From Ptychomitrium polyphyllum (taxonomy: Eukaryota): 64,000 nucleotides of DNA. Location: the NCBI GenBank assembly GCA_973851085.1, contig OZ316776.1, positions 15,438,001-15,502,000 on the forward strand, in the 5' to 3' direction. This document shows, piece after piece, positions 1 through 15,174 of this stretch. Under the pieces are notes generated by a model that ran no database searches, was not told the origin of the DNA, and worked only from the letters and a program-made list of their open reading frames with translations. The position numbers were made by a program, and so were the translations under genes. Within the stretch, counting starts at the first letter, position 1. Each line of letters opens with the position of its first letter.

Positions 1-351
1 AATGTTGTACTCTATCTTAAAAAACAAGTATTCAAAAGAATGTCCATGTTACAAGAATGTCCCCATAATATTTTCCCGAGGTGGAATGTTTTCCAACCAA
101 AAACGTTGTACTCTATCTTAAAAAACAAGTATTCAAAAGAATGTCCATGTTACAAGAATGTCTCCATAATATTTTCCCGAGGTGGAATGTTTTCCAACCA
201 AAAATGTTGTATTCTATCTTAAAAAACAAGTATTCAAAAGAATGTCCATGTTACAAGAATGTCCCCATAATATTTTCCCGAGGTGGAATGTTTTCCAATC
301 AAAAACGTTGTACTCTATCTTAAAAATAAGTATTCAAAAGAATGTCCATGT
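1..351. repeat. Tandem repeat, 101-bp unit, ~3.5 copies visible (runs off the window start)
   Basis: Unit start aa(t/c)gttgta recurs at 1, 102, 203 and 304 with near-identical copies. This explains the repeated ORF starts at 81 and 182. Confidence 0.95.
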
Positions 352-3300
352 AGTATCTTCCCGAGGTCAAATATTTCCCGACAAGACATGTTGTACCCCA
401 TCTAAGAGCAAGCTCATGCATCCCCATATGGAATTATACCTGGTTTTGAACAACAAATGTCATTATCTATGGTTGTGTGGACTTTTACCCTGCACACCTA
501 ATTAGATACTCAAATCCAAATTACTTCCTACTGCAAATTGCCTGGGAGCACATACTTGTATCCAAATATCTATCAACTTAGCATCAGAAGTCAAGTGCTT
601 TCCAACCACTGGTATTAAAAATTAAGGAATGAAATTTCCGTTCGTACTAACAGGTTTTTTTGACCCAGGTCAGAATTAGCTACTATGCCCTGTCCAGGTT
701 CTTAAGGAGAACGATAAACCAGACGAAATTAGGTCAAGTAGTTCACCTCACATTATCTCTCAATCCTTGCAGTATTAAAATTTTCCAAATTGTGTCAAAT
801 GAAATCTACATTCATGATATTTCAAATAAATTAATATTGTAGTCATTTGCATCAAAATTTTAGGAAATGTAAAAACACAAAGAGTAAAAACATTTCTCAA
901 TAACCCACTTTGAAAGTATGTAAAAATCCAATAAATGGATCAATTACAGAAAAATCAGCACTTTTTTTTCTTTTTAGTGTTACCTTTGAGGAAGGCAAAG
1001 TTACTTCTTCCCGGAAGTGAAAATGACATTCACAAACAAAGCAAAATCGACAACATTTCAAAGGTCAACAAAGCATGACATCCTTCAGGAGGCGAGATAA
1101 ATTTCCATCAAGTTTGCAACACCCACAACCATAATGTCAAGGTAATAGAAACAACTTATAGTTATTAAAAACACAATTCCAAAAAAAGTCAAATCATATC
1201 AATGAGAAAAATGAACTTAACACAGTCCAGAACATGTTTGTTCGGACACCACATGAAAAGCTTGGATCTTGGAGGCCCTCCCCTTGATTCACCAGGCTCA
1301 CGGGCTAAAGAATGATATGAGTTGGGCACGTCTGATAATGGGGAGCTCCCTTCCACAAAATGGTTTTCAGGCATCATTGCTCCTCATTCAGTACTTGTCC
1401 CACAGGGTACCAGACTGCAGGTCCCAGGACCTACACCAGTGAGGCCACAAGGATGGAAAGTCAGCTTCGTGAGAATTTGCAAGGCATGGTCAAAGCGTCA
1501 GACGCAGTCCTGCCTCTGCTCTCACGTGCCAAACCTTTCCCACCGCCCAACACTGTACTGCCCCTCATACATGATTCTATACGAAAAGCATACGGTGTTA
1601 CCTGTACATTTCGTCCTACGTCCCAAATCCCTGCCTGCCCACTGCACGGCCACTTGAAGACAGTGGCCACAATCACTCGTTTGTTATATTGTAAACACAG
1701 TTCTCGTATGCAGGATTATCAGATTTTGGAAATTTTGTTGGACCTCTAAATGTCACAAGTGTGTACAAACTGTTGAACAATATTCCGGCTGGATAGTATG
1801 GAATTCAAGAATAGAGCAGAGTTGTTGATGGCATGTAGACTAGATTGTAACAATTGTTGCCATAATGTTGCTTAGGAGATTTTTTAAGTGCCTTTTTAAT
1901 GGTGGCTTTTAAAGGTACCCTTTTATGCCACGTTTTGTTCAAATGGTGATGAAAGTCATATATTGGTCCAAGTCATCAATTTTTTTCCCATGTATAAGAT
2001 CATTTAATACCACATGGAATGCAATAAATGCAAACCACATTTAATTATTCAAATTTTGTAGAGTTGAGGCAAGGTAACTTAAGTGTTGAATAATGTTCTA
2101 TGTGCTTTTAAATTTAAGATTGGGTGATGAGATTTTTAAACCATTTTCAAACAATTAAGTGATTTTTCTATAATTTAATTGTATTACTAGCTATTTTAAA
2201 AGGGTGCTGTTCATTTGTTCCATGTCTAATGTTATTACAAAAACATTTGTGCTTTCCATAAAACACTAATGTAATTATTGAATGTAATGTTATATTAAAT
2301 TTGATGTTTTTCTTTTTTAAATTAATATATATGATTTAATTTAATATTAATTTAATCATTCTTAATAAGCTCACCTTTTAAATATCTAAAAGATACATAT
2401 AATTTTAAAATTATTGGAATCTAAGATGCTTACTTTTACAAAAAATATTATGGCATCATTTTCATTTTCTCTACACTAAAGAAAAAGATCCCTATGTTTG
2501 GAAATACATCTAAACCTTGGATTATATTTTACTTAGAAACTTTCTTGTTTATTGGAAGATACCTTTATTACCATAAAATTGATCCTTCAATTAAGGTTCC
2601 ACTTGTAATTTGGAAAAACATTAAAAATTGTATTCAAATTCTTTGACTTTTATTTTTATTTTGATATTTATGTTAATGCATCAACAATAATGCTCTACTA
2701 AATATCCACAAAATACCAAATTCATAATTCCACTTTATGAATAATTTTCAAAATAAAAAAGATGTTTTGTATGCAATGCTAAATAGTTTTTTTTAAATCA
2801 AATTATGAATAAATCAATTCTTGTAAATTTTAGAAATAATGAGCATAAATAAATTTTAAACCATCTTCAAATTTTAAATTGAAGTGTCTTTTAGATTTGA
2901 ACTAAAATTTAAAGTATTTTTTATAAATTTTTGGCAAGTTATTATTATGAAATATATTTAATTTAATTTAATTAATTTTTTTATTTTAGAATTAAATAAG
3001 GATTCCAAACAGCCTGTATCACCATAATTTATTGAAAATTTACATAAATGTATAGATGAACCATAGGGTTTATTTTATATCATTTTTAATTTTCATATGT
3101 AACCTTTTTAAACAAGGACAAAACTTTATATAGTCAGATTTCAAAAATTGTATACATATCTATATCCAAAAACATATAATTTGTTTTTCAAAATTCATTA
3201 GTGAAAAATATGCTATCAAAAATACATTAAAAAAATAATTAATATTTAACACATGCATTGTATAAGTATGAAAAGAACGTGATAGATGAAAATGAATTGA

Positions 3301-3492
3301 AGGTTTTGAAAAATATTTTGGAAGATTTAAATAGTTTATGCTTGCTACAACTTTTCTAATTGCTATGAGGCTACATTTTATTCGTATGGCATATGATGTG
3401 CCATAAGATGATATGAACATGAAAATATATAATTAATGAAAAATAAATTATAGGTTTATTATAAAAAAAATTGAATAGATTTTTAAAATTGT

Positions 3493-3592
3493 NNNNNNNN
3501 NNNNNNNNNNNNNNNNNNNNNNNNNNNNNNNNNNNNNNNNNNNNNNNNNNNNNNNNNNNNNNNNNNNNNNNNNNNNNNNNNNNNNNNNNNNN
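3493..3592. other. Assembly gap (100 N)
   Basis: Run of exactly 100 n characters, typical of a placeholder gap of unknown size. Confidence 0.99.
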
Positions 3593-6500
3593 AACAATGA
3601 AATTACATTATACAATTCAAGCTTCGTTTTATTCCACAAAATATAAGTGTATGAAGAATTCAAAGGTTTAATTAAGTAGTTGCATCATTATCTCCAAAAA
3701 AATCCTACATAATATATATTTTTTTCATATAATATTTTAAGACTTGAATTGGTATAGAATATCAAGCCAAAGAATTTTCTCCATCTAAGATTCCTTTAAT
3801 TCTAAATGGAGCTAATATGAAGTTTATATTAAATGGATGAAAAAATCCCTAAATCCAAATATACTACATTTATTTGACATGACTTGATACTTGATGCCAC
3901 ATCTTGTAATAACTTGGTATTATAACAAAAATGAGCTTCAAAGACACTTTGAACCTTATATTACAACCACTACAACCATTGCAACTACAAAATAAGCCAT
4001 TCATAGGAGTTTATTTCAAAAATAATAATATTATTATTGAAATAAGATCAATAAATTCCACTATATTAATTTATAAAATGAATTTTTATGGTAGAGGTCA
4101 TTCAAAAAAATTTCATTGTATATCTTTATTAACAATTCTTACAAAAGTACATTAATATTGAAAGAATATAAATATAATATTGAATCTTCAATCAAATAAA
4201 CTAGTATTATAACATTACAATAACACATAATAGTTAACATGGCAAAAATGCACTTGATGGTTGCTAAGTATCTTATATATCCATAGAGACCGACATTCAT
4301 TTACCATTTATATTGTTTTGTTTGTCACTACGGCCTTTGAATTCTAGAATTTGAAGTTATTTATTTCTTGAAAGAATCTTTTAGCAAATTCATTTTTCTT
4401 GGTTGACAATCAAAATTGAAAGATGCACTCAACTTGGAATTCTATTTTCAAATCTTAATTCTATTAGCACTTTAGGATTTAATGATCAAATTTCATGTTT
4501 TGAAGTGCCTTAATTTCAATCCAATGTTTCCAAATTATACTTGACGGAGAAATTTTGGAATAAGATTATTATGCTCTATAAGGTTATAATCTCCAAGAAA
4601 AAACTTTAGCACTGAAAATGCTTTAGCATTCTAACATGGATTTCATGTCAAAAATTGCAATTTTGTACTATACAAAAAAAATATTAAATAATCTCTATAA
4701 GTGTGGCTTGTGTGATAATTCAGGTTTTAAAAACCATCATTCCTTCCAAAAAATTTAATTATACACATAATTTGTCGCAACCACAATTTCACTAAGAATT
4801 TATCCTTAGAAACAATAACCACCAAACAACAGATACCAAAACTCGAAATCATTTTAGACTTGAAATCATTTTAATGACCCTGAACCTTACAAGGGCACAA
4901 AAGCACTACCATAGTAAACCCACAAAATTCAAATGCACTGAGTTCTACAAAACTTGTACCAATATAAAAGCAATCTAATTATCTTTTGCAAAAACGCAAT
5001 ATTATGTTTTGCTGATGAATGACAGCAACTTGAGAATGAAATAATTGTAGCAAACGTCAAATGAGATGATAAATGGAACTCATCCGCTTGAGCTCTTGGG
5101 CTGTGCGGCTGGGTTATGCTTCAAAAACAAATGCAAATAGTGCAAAAAAGAACCAGCAGCCCCTACGTACTTCAGACAAGCCCTGCCTACCACAACTATT
5201 CAATGCCATTCCATCACTTAATTCAAGTGCAAAATGAAGAGACACTATAATGAATTATTAAAGATCCAACATTTGGGGAGATAATTGCAAGTTACCATAA
5301 GCAAAACCTTCAAGGACCTCCTTTCTCTACACAACAATAAGAGTATCATGATGTGCGCTGCTCAGCAGTTAAATTGTTGATAATTGTATGTTTCATTGTC
5401 ATTCTAAGTATGTAAGTAGGTCAATGTTAGTAATGTGTTATTCTAGTTAATGTATTGGCTATGTTGATAGAGAAGACTTAGCATAAAAGATCATGTGGAA
5501 GTAGGTGGAGTTTACAAATGATTAGAAAAATATCAAATGAATCAAATGGTGACAAATGTCCTTTGGAGTGCATGGTGGTGGTTTCTTTGTGTCCTTCTTT
5601 AATGGTATTTTATTTTTGGGAAGAGCAAGAAAAGGTGAGGATTTAGGAAGTAGGAGGATGTTGGAACATTTGAATTGGCATTGGCGTTAAGGCATTTTAA
5701 TGCTGGTTATTGTTGGATATTAAAATTAATGTAGGCTTGAGGATGTAAGAAAGTCTTTAAGACTTGTGAGTGTTGGAGCGACCCTGAAGAATTGAGAGTA
5801 TAAAGCGCAAAATTTGACACTTTGAATATGAGTTTTGATGAAACATTCTAGTAGCACACAAAGTTTGATTCTTTTTTTGGTTATAGGTAAAGCCATGGAG
5901 TGTTGAAATAGAACTGATCTTGAAATTATGGCAACTAAGCCAGTGAACTTCAAAAAATTAGAATATGGTTTGGAAATACCACAGTAAAAAGATTTATGCT
6001 ACTCTAGATAATCACCTTGTCTATGTTACAACGAACTTAGAGTTTTCCATTTTTGTATGCAAAAATCTGCGCTGTAACATTACCACACAAACACAAAAGA
6101 TATTATGCACACAACAATTTCAAAACAGCAGACAACGGACCTCCAACACTGTTGACAATCAACCGCAGTTGTGCACCTGCAGCTTGGACAGGGACCACAT
6201 GAAGCCTTTCTCATTGCAGACTGGAAATGGCAAGCCACAAATCCCAAATCATCACAAAGAACTCAGAGTCTTCTTCCTCTCATGGCTGTAAAAGAGACAT
6301 TAGATAGATATGATGACAAATCATGATAGAATATTGTGTGAGTATTGGAACATTAATTTTTAATATAAAAGATAATGTGTGTGATGTTTGTAATGTGGCT
6401 TATTGGTAATTTTCCAAAAAGTCAAGACAAAAGATGCTGATTTGAATTGAGGTGATTGCAAGATTTTTTCATCTATTATGTTTCAAGATATGCAACTAAA

Positions 6501-9500
6501 AGACAAACTTCTCCCTCGTTTTGTAGATGGATGTAATTGAAAAAATATAAGATATGTGTTATAAAAGGACCTTGTACAATCATTATAAACAATGAATGGA
6601 ATAAATGGAACAAATTTGGGCATCACCATATTTTCCAAGAATCTTTTATTTAAATCCAATATGGATTTTGTTGATGCATCACATGTCATTTGAGGCTTTG
6701 AAAAGTTGGTCTTCAATACACTTAAAAGCTAGGCATTTATAATTCAAGTAATTCATGAATTAAGTTGCATAATTATATTGAATGTACTATCATTTTGGTA
6801 CCATAAATTTACCACAAGAATTACATTTTTTAAATGTAATTCTTGTGATAAATTTTTATTTGGTAGTCTCATATAGAATGTAGAACATTTTGTATTCTAT
6901 TTATATTAATTTATTGTTTGATTGTTGTAGAATATTTTTCTTTTTATTCAATTTAATTCTTCAATTTGTTAATAGTAGCATATAAGTGTATATTCCATTT
7001 TAAAGAAGAAATTAGTTGTGTTATGAAACAAATCTTCAATTTACTGTAGATTAAAAAATATATATAAATATATGTATATTAATAGATGAAAGGTTTTCCA
7101 ATGGAAATTTTTCTTTATAAGAATTTATTCAATGTTGGATGAGTTTTTTATGTTTAAATTGATTTTTTTATGGCGTAATTTTAATAATAGCATAGATTTT
7201 GCATTTAAGAAATTTAATTTTAGTCTCATGAATTTGTTAAAAGAAGGATGATATTTTTCATTAATTAAGTCATTTAAAGAATAATTTATAGAAATTAACT
7301 TAAAGGATTAAGAAGTTTTTGATTATTATCCATATTTATTGTAGACCTACAATCATAATAAATGAAAATTCTTTTATATTACCAAAGGTAATGTAATGAT
7401 TTGTATATCAGCATTAATATCAATTATAAACATAAGTGTCAATTTGTATACTATAAATATGTATGAAAGATATGTGTAATAGTTACTACTAAAAAACATG
7501 GTTAACTAACACATCAAATGACAAACTTTGCTTAATACAATCCAAAGGTTACATACACACATTTGTCCATTATCACAATTAATCAACTATGAGTTATTTA
7601 CTAAAATTTACACCATATATTATTTAAAGAATAGTTCTTTTGACATTTTCAATATATGAATTATTATAAAAAATATATGTTTTTTGAAGATCCATATGAA
7701 TAATAAAATGATATGTGGAAATTTCTTAAAAAATCATTATACTATGTCAAAATCGCATAACAAGTATTATAGTATATTTCTTCATTTCTATTTAGTTACA
7801 TTTATTAATTTTACAAAGGCCAAAATTTTTAAGTAATTAGTATGCCATGGTTTAAGCTAGTTAGAATAAATTAACTAAAAATATTCATTTCAAATAAAAC
7901 AATGTGATTAAAACATTTAAAGGGGTATTTTTGGTAGGTAAAAAGTTGAATGTTATTGGGCTTAGATAAGATGAGGATAATTTTGGGAATAATTTATTTG
8001 ATATTCTGTAGTAGTAGAAATTTTAGAGAGGTGTGAACGTGAAGATTTTGTTGAACAAAATTATAGGTTCCAAATCTGTTTTAGTAGTATAGGAGCATTA
8101 AGGGTTTTCTTTCACTTTTGTAAGGTTTGTGTTAGATTTTAGAGTTTGTATGTAGAGATCTTGGTGTTAAATTAGTGGATTTGTAGATTACTTTGTCAAG
8201 AAGCTTCCTTCAGTAGGTCTTCACATGGAAAATCTCAATCCAGAGAAATTTGAATTAAAAAAAGAAACAACATATAATGACCTAATATTGGCCTCCTCGG
8301 CATTAAGCAGGTGAGGGCTCACAAGTTGTTTTCCATTTGAGAAGAACATGAAGAGTCTGCTAACTTCAGATCATTCTCCAGAGCTTCTGCTCAGGACACA
8401 GCTTCCATCACTAATAAGAGCCTGCCTGGAAGTAAGTATCTGAAGTCAGAAGACAAATCCTAAGTCTGAAGGGTGACATCTCCTCAGGCAATGCGGACAA
8501 CATCATAATCCAAGTCATGGGTGGTATCAGTAGCATCAGTACACAGATGATTACTCACAACAAACCAATGCTCTGTGATCAAGTTTTATGTGAAATTTAT
8601 TAATCATCCAGTGACAAAGGTGAATCTGGTCCAGAGAATCTTTTCATTCAGTGAGTCATAAAATCTACATTAAAATAAACTCAATTGGGTTTCTTACGTG
8701 AGTTCCTTATCTTCACATATACATGTATATATATATAGTGTTGCTTTCCTAGAGCTCTCTGATGCCTTCATGATTTTTTTTGTATGTTTTTCCATGTGAT
8801 GGGCCCTTAAATATGCAAATGTAAAAGAAATTTATGAAAAACTTATTGTAGCATCAAGGATAGCTATGTATATGTGATACAAACATTCAAAAATCTTTTC
8901 ATGATTATTTTAAGAATTCTGATTTTTTAAGATTTCAAAATATGCCACTTATGACTATGTGCCTCCTTTGTGGTATATTCATGGTTGCCTCTTTAACTTT
9001 GAAACTCATAGCAAACAAATTTTGTAATATAAATTGTAATAAAAGAAACTACTAAATTTGCTTCACTTCTACCCCACATCCTTTGAAAGCACATGACAAA
9101 TTGATTTGGTGGTCTTGGTTAAGTAATAATTTGAAGTATGTTTTGAAATCCCATTGAAGACTTCTTAGTCCTAAGGTGTCAAGATCAGTTGGCATCCAAG
9201 AATTTGAGTCATCACAACCAGTAGTTCCCTTAGAATGAAGACTAATTCAATTTGCAAAACTGCCTCATGTGTAAAAAGGAAACAACAAAATTCAACAAAC
9301 TCAATCATCATCAATTACATGCGTTAAAAACCACAATTCCTCATGTACATGGTTGTTGTGGATATGCTATGTAATTAAAACTAGCTAATCCAGTACGTTA
9401 GAAGTGTACACAATATATTAAGACCTGATTGTATCATGCATGCTCTTGTTCAATAGTATTACGGTCAATTTAAAGCTTACTTTAGTTACAGCACACTCAT

Positions 9501-12500
9501 GAAAGAGTTCTCCTGCCTGACAAATAGTCCCTGTGTATTTCAGATAATGAAGAAACTCACATTAAGAAATTACCTGCAGATGTGATGTTACTCCCAATCT
9601 CTGCTTGCTCTATTTGTACCTTGCAACAGCATATAATGTGTATTACCTGCTTCATAGGGGTTAGCTCATTGAACTTAGAATTTCCAAGGCCTTCTGAAAA
9701 ATAGTAGTTTTATTCACATGTAAGACTAAAGTGGATATTTTTCTTAGTTATGGGTTAAAAAGGAAAACCAAAGTGGATGGTGTCCCATGGACCACAGCCC
9801 CTTCTGCAGAGAATATTCTCTTCATGGGAAAAATAGTATGCCATTTCTGTAACACCTCCATGGGTCTCAGTTTAGAAGATTCAAATTTCCTTTAACAAGC
9901 AAACAAACAAACCCTTATGCATAGACTCCTAGACGAAGTGCATGGAATTCAATGTTGTGAGGTACATGTTCAGGAAATTTGGACACCAGCAAGAACTGAG
10001 AAGTATTAATTTCAATGCACACAAAATATACTACAGTCAAGCCAACAAATCCTACTTTTGTTTTCCATGATGTTAGGCCAATATGGCAGATGGATGATCC
10101 AGCTTTTAGTACTCAGGTTCAACTTGGACTAAGACATGTCCACAGTTCCAACCAGTGCAATTTAGACCAAGAACTTAAAGACTTTGACACTGTAGCAATT
10201 TCAAATTGGGTCTCAAATGCACTTAGATTACCACCAATTTAAGGTCAGTACTCCTGGTTAACCTAGACTTTGTGAGATTATGCATTTTACACCCTTAATG
10301 GTGGTCAAGTCTTTGATCTTACAGTTCATGTAAGGAGGTGCTACTGGTCAGGATTAGGACCCATTCAAACCCAGTTCTCACTATGTCTCAAGTCCAAAAC
10401 CTTAAGTCCTGAGCTGTAACCCTTAGGGGCATCTACATTCACAACTGGGAACTTCCTCTGGTCTGGAGAAATGAAAAGAGTGACCTGATTGACCAAAAGA
10501 GACACTTCCCAATTCATGAAAAACTTGCACATCCTTTATTTTGTCGGTAGACCACTCATAAACCATCATGCGCAATCACAAAACAAGCATGAATTAAAAA
10601 TAGTTCAAAAAAAGATTAAGCATACTTTAGTCACTTACAGAGTTTAGAATAATTTTTAAAAGCCTCCTAATTTGAACTGGATCATTTCACTTTGAAGTAT
10701 CACCTTTTATCGCCTTTTAAAGTATACCAACTTTTCATTCAAAAACCAAAATTAGGATTATTTCCTGTAGTTGCATGCAAATGAACTAAGGAGTTATGCA
10801 ACCATTAAATGGTTGCTTTAATTAAAAAATCTATATATTGAGTAGTTTGGAAGCCATATGTATTTGCTTCCCAAATGAAAATTGTCAGCATTGTTCAGTT
10901 GGAAATTGTTATATTAAAAAAATTACTTTTAGAAACGTACTATAGAACATATTGATAATTAAAGTTGAAACACATGTATTCCAATAGAAATAAGTATATA
11001 TTAATATTCTTGTTTCAATCCCTAAAAAATCTTCCAAGTAAAATGGCGAATTTTTAATTAAAAAGAACACCTCAAAAATTCTAAGGCTTGTACTCACAGT
11101 TTTTACACAATTCCAACATTTTTTTGTAGGGTATTTGTTTGTATACAAGGAGCCAAGACCCTTTACGGATTAACTTGTATTAGAAATTTGATTACCTGTG
11201 CTCCAAACTGGCTTTTGCCAATAAGCAGAATTGCACCTTTGGTTTCCCTTCTCTGCTGTATGTCTTGATTGTTTTTTAAATCCCTCTACTTTTACAATTC
11301 AAGAAGTTGTGACTGTGCATGGGATTCAATAGAATAGTAGGATTTAACTGGAGAACTCAGTGTGAACCATCCCTTTGTATATTAAGCAGATACAACATGG
11401 TGGAAACTGATTATTTCACTGTGGATACTAGGACTTGGGTAGCTTCATAACTTTCTGTCATGGATGATGTGCCTGCAGAGGCAAGTTCCTCTGATTTGAT
11501 GTTTACCACATGTGTGGCCCAACCAACTTTAGCCTAAGTTGGTATGAATTTGCCTGTATGCACTCTACAAATGCAGAGGGGGTAATGAAGTGAATTTCAG
11601 CAGAAGGGAGATGATATTGACAACAAACTAGACTAGCTGGAATTGATTTGCATAATGATATTACCTGAACAGTGGTAGGTGTTGTTCAGAAAGGGCTTAG
11701 AATAAGTATTAAGGACCTAGTGCAGTAGTCATTCATTTCTTCAATCATTCTGCAAACATGAAAATGAATGTACTCCATGATCAGCCATATTTTTATGTGC
11801 TTGCCATTCCCAGTATAAATTATTTTATATTAACTAAGTAAAGAACTACACCAGCTGAACCTAGAATTTAGATTCCTTTTCTTGACACCATGAACCTAGT
11901 CAGCAATTGTTTTCTAATCATGATGCTTTAACAAGCCAAATTGCCAAGCTGCATTACTCCTAACCTCTCAATACTTCCTTTACATTCTGGTTAATTTCAA
12001 GCATAACTACCTGGTAGGCTGAAACACGGAAACAGAAAAACAAGAAAAGAACAAATTCAAACCAAGTAGAAATGCAAGGAAATGCCCTGTGAACATCCAG
12101 AATGCAACTCTGAGTTAAGGCTGTTTTTAATCTGGCTAGAGCAGATCAGGTCATTGTTCAGGAAATTGCAACTCACCTTAAGGAGGACCAAGAAGGTATG
12201 TGTTGCTACATAGCAAATGGTCGCAAAAATGATGCTAACAAAATGCATCAGTTTGTTTATGGTTTAGTCTTGGAGCTCAATTTTGATCTCTTGAATTACG
12301 TTGGGGCTAATAAGGCTAAACTCATTGTTTACACCTCAAAGAAAGGACAAATTGATGATTAGAAGGAGATATCTTGGTTACAACTTGGCTCATACCAATG
12401 GTAGAGGGTCTTGCAAGACCACTTTCCTTCAACTAGAAAGATGTTTGATGGTCAAATAGGGCTGCCAAATTTATGTTCCATTGGTCCATTTGGAATCAAG

Positions 12501-14812
12501 GCCTCGCGGTCAACCATCGGCAAGCTCAAGTTTAAGGTACAATTGATGGCAACTACACCTTTTACATTCAAACAATTATAAAATTGATGATTGACAAGTT
12601 TTAAAGTTCTCTCAACTTTAGAAGTGGGCCACTACTATTGTTTATATGCTAGCGTAATACTTAGCTTGTACTTTCATAGAACTAAGCTATCTTTCCTAAA
12701 GACATTTTTGCATAGAGCAAGCTAATTTGGGCAATTTAAATGCTCCTTAAAGGCATTGCCATATGGATTGGTTAATTCCAAAGGAACATTGAGACTTTCA
12801 ATAATGGCAATTACAAAATCGTTAGATCCACATGTCATTGAGCTGATGTAATAGGCTTTAATTGAACATGATAAAATTAAACAGAAAAGAAACATTGAGA
12901 AGTTCGGCAAATTTACTAATTTCGGAACTTAATCCTTAACAATATTTTAGAATTCTTATATTTGTAAGGAAATTTTAGGTATAAAAGAAAGGATTAGAAA
13001 TCAAATAGTGTTGCTAGACCTTGTGTTCAATCCTATTTCTTACCTTCTTCCTTCCAACCCTAAAAGGAATAATAAGTTCCTTCTTATTCCTATTATTTTA
13101 TTTTAATTTAAATACAATTGAAAAAAAACTTCTATAATGCAGAAGAGCTTGGCACAAACAGAGGAGAACCAAAGGTTGAAAGGAGGGGGCATTTCTTGGC
13201 ATTCCAATACAAAGTTATTGGGAAAAAGGACAAACAAACAAAATTTAATAACAGGAGACATGCATGTAACCTTGCTCTCAAGCAATTGCAATTGATCTCA
13301 CAGGATAAATAACAGTGCCTTCAGAAGCGTCCACACAAATTGTATGTCTTACACAGATGATTTTCAGTGTCCTTTACATGACAACATACTGAAAGTTGCC
13401 ATGAGCTCCAAGTGAGATTGTTTAGCAAGGCACCAAGTGGCAGAATACTGGGTGTGGCAGTGTGGGAAGAGACTAATGGGATTGGTTTTCAACAGTGTGC
13501 TTGAAATCTTGACCCATCTAGGGAGGGAGCCCTTCTCTGGTTTAGTGTTGACCATTAAATGTGAAGGCAAGATTTGTCTTGGATAAAGACATTTTAGTTC
13601 TTTCCAATAATAAACCAGCTACTTGGCTGTAGCTCCGCTCCCAATGTGAAAGTATGCACTTAGTTCTCATCTTTAGCAGCGCTCATATCCTAGACTCATG
13701 CAGATTCTTAACTAAGTCTTGTCTGTATCATATGCAATAGCTGTTGGGCATTCAATCCACAACTGGACAAGTGTGCACTGAGTCATGTCACTTTTGTGAG
13801 CATCCTAGCTGATACTCCACCTCTTAAGGAAGAAATGTTTCTGTGGACAAATGCAGATATGGAATTGTAGCCTACAGATTAATAAATTGTAAAGCTGCCA
13901 AGCAGTATGTTACTTAGAAGTGACTTCCTGGGGACAGGCACATAAATTCCAAAATAATTTTACACATAACATGCAAGCAGCTACTGTTGTGGTAGAATGA
14001 TACAGTCAGGATATGATTTCAACCACAACTCACTGCTAAGTGGAACTCATTACTAAATTCATCCTAAACATAATGGTCCCACAAAGATTCTTAACATAAT
14101 GCTGGAGATAATGCATGTTCCTTTACTTATGCATAATTATACATTAGTATATTCACCTGATGAATAATTTCCACTGAATTAGGGTTGAACACCATGTGAG
14201 GAATGTTCACTTTAACCACAAGTCTAAGCAAAAACAGTCACACAGCCACCATCTAGGCACAACCCAGCACTATACTATAATAGCACTCAAAAGGGAACAT
14301 ATTGTCTGATGCAATTACTTGCTGATAAATGCAATAAATTCCAAAACCAAAACCAAAACAGAAACAAGGACAGTGCTCCGAATATGATGAAACAAGTATC
14401 TCTTATTATTACAAGTTCAGCACAAATGTGTTTTTCACAGTGCTAAAAAATGATCACATGGTGTGGAATGAATGAACCATGGACAATGTTTGAAGTCACA
14501 GGCTGAGCCTGCAACTGTAATTGGTACAGATTGCAATAATAGTTGGCCAGAACATGAGTCTTTTGACTTAATAAAATCAGCCTACGCTACCATTCTGCTC
14601 TACACTCCACTATAAGGTAACACAACAGAAACTAGCAAAGAACAGTATTTTCAAAAGGAAGCTTCTATTTTCAGAAGACTTGAAAGCTTGTTGAAGACTT
14701 AGATTTTCAAAAGAAAAGAAATTAGCATAATTAACATAAATTAGAAATTCAATGCTAGTGTCAATGCACTAACAACGATTTCGGGGTAGGAACAATCCCT
14801 AACAGAGATTGC

Positions 14813-14967
14813 ACTCACGCGAAGACGAACCCATTGTACTTTCACTGGTGGAGCTACTTCAAGCTGCCGCCTCCGGTACTCCTAAAGAGCGCAGTTCTCC
14901 AAACGTGCAAAGCGTCTTTGATTTACATAGCTTCTGCAAACCACTAACATTTCCTTACAGCATCCTG
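14813..14967 (-). pseudogene. Degenerate tandem duplicate of the cyclin D terminal exon (pseudo-exon or alternative last exon)
   Basis: Minus strand reads TTTGCAG|GATGCTGTAAGGAAATGTTAG versus the real exon 6 GCGCAG|GATGCGGTGAAGGAGTGCTAC. By hand alignment 14813-14882 matches 15294-15360 at about 53/67 nt with one 3-nt indel. Confidence 0.85.
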
Positions 14968-15174
14968 CAAATGATATAACCCACTCTTTCATTAGACTAA
15001 AATTTCTGCATTTAAATTAGGGTTAACAGTGTCTAAGCCTCCTCTTCCTCGAACAGAAGTACAGAATGCAGTTAACGGCATACTAAACCAGCCTGTTCGC
15101 AGGACGGACAGGGGCTGGACTAAGGCCGGAAGGCTTCCGACATGCCAAAACCACGGAGAGCTGATTGCCTTGCA

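Noticed and set aside
40..505. Three overlapping ORFs at the window start
   Set aside because: They are translations of the 101-bp tandem repeat in shifting frames.
1189..1749. Cluster of overlapping 60-130-aa ORFs in a locally GC-richer patch
   Set aside because: No recognisable domain or consistent splice model; may be a decayed gene or transposon fragment but I cannot support a call.
3448..3671. ORFs spanning the N run
   Set aside because: Artefacts of the assembly gap.
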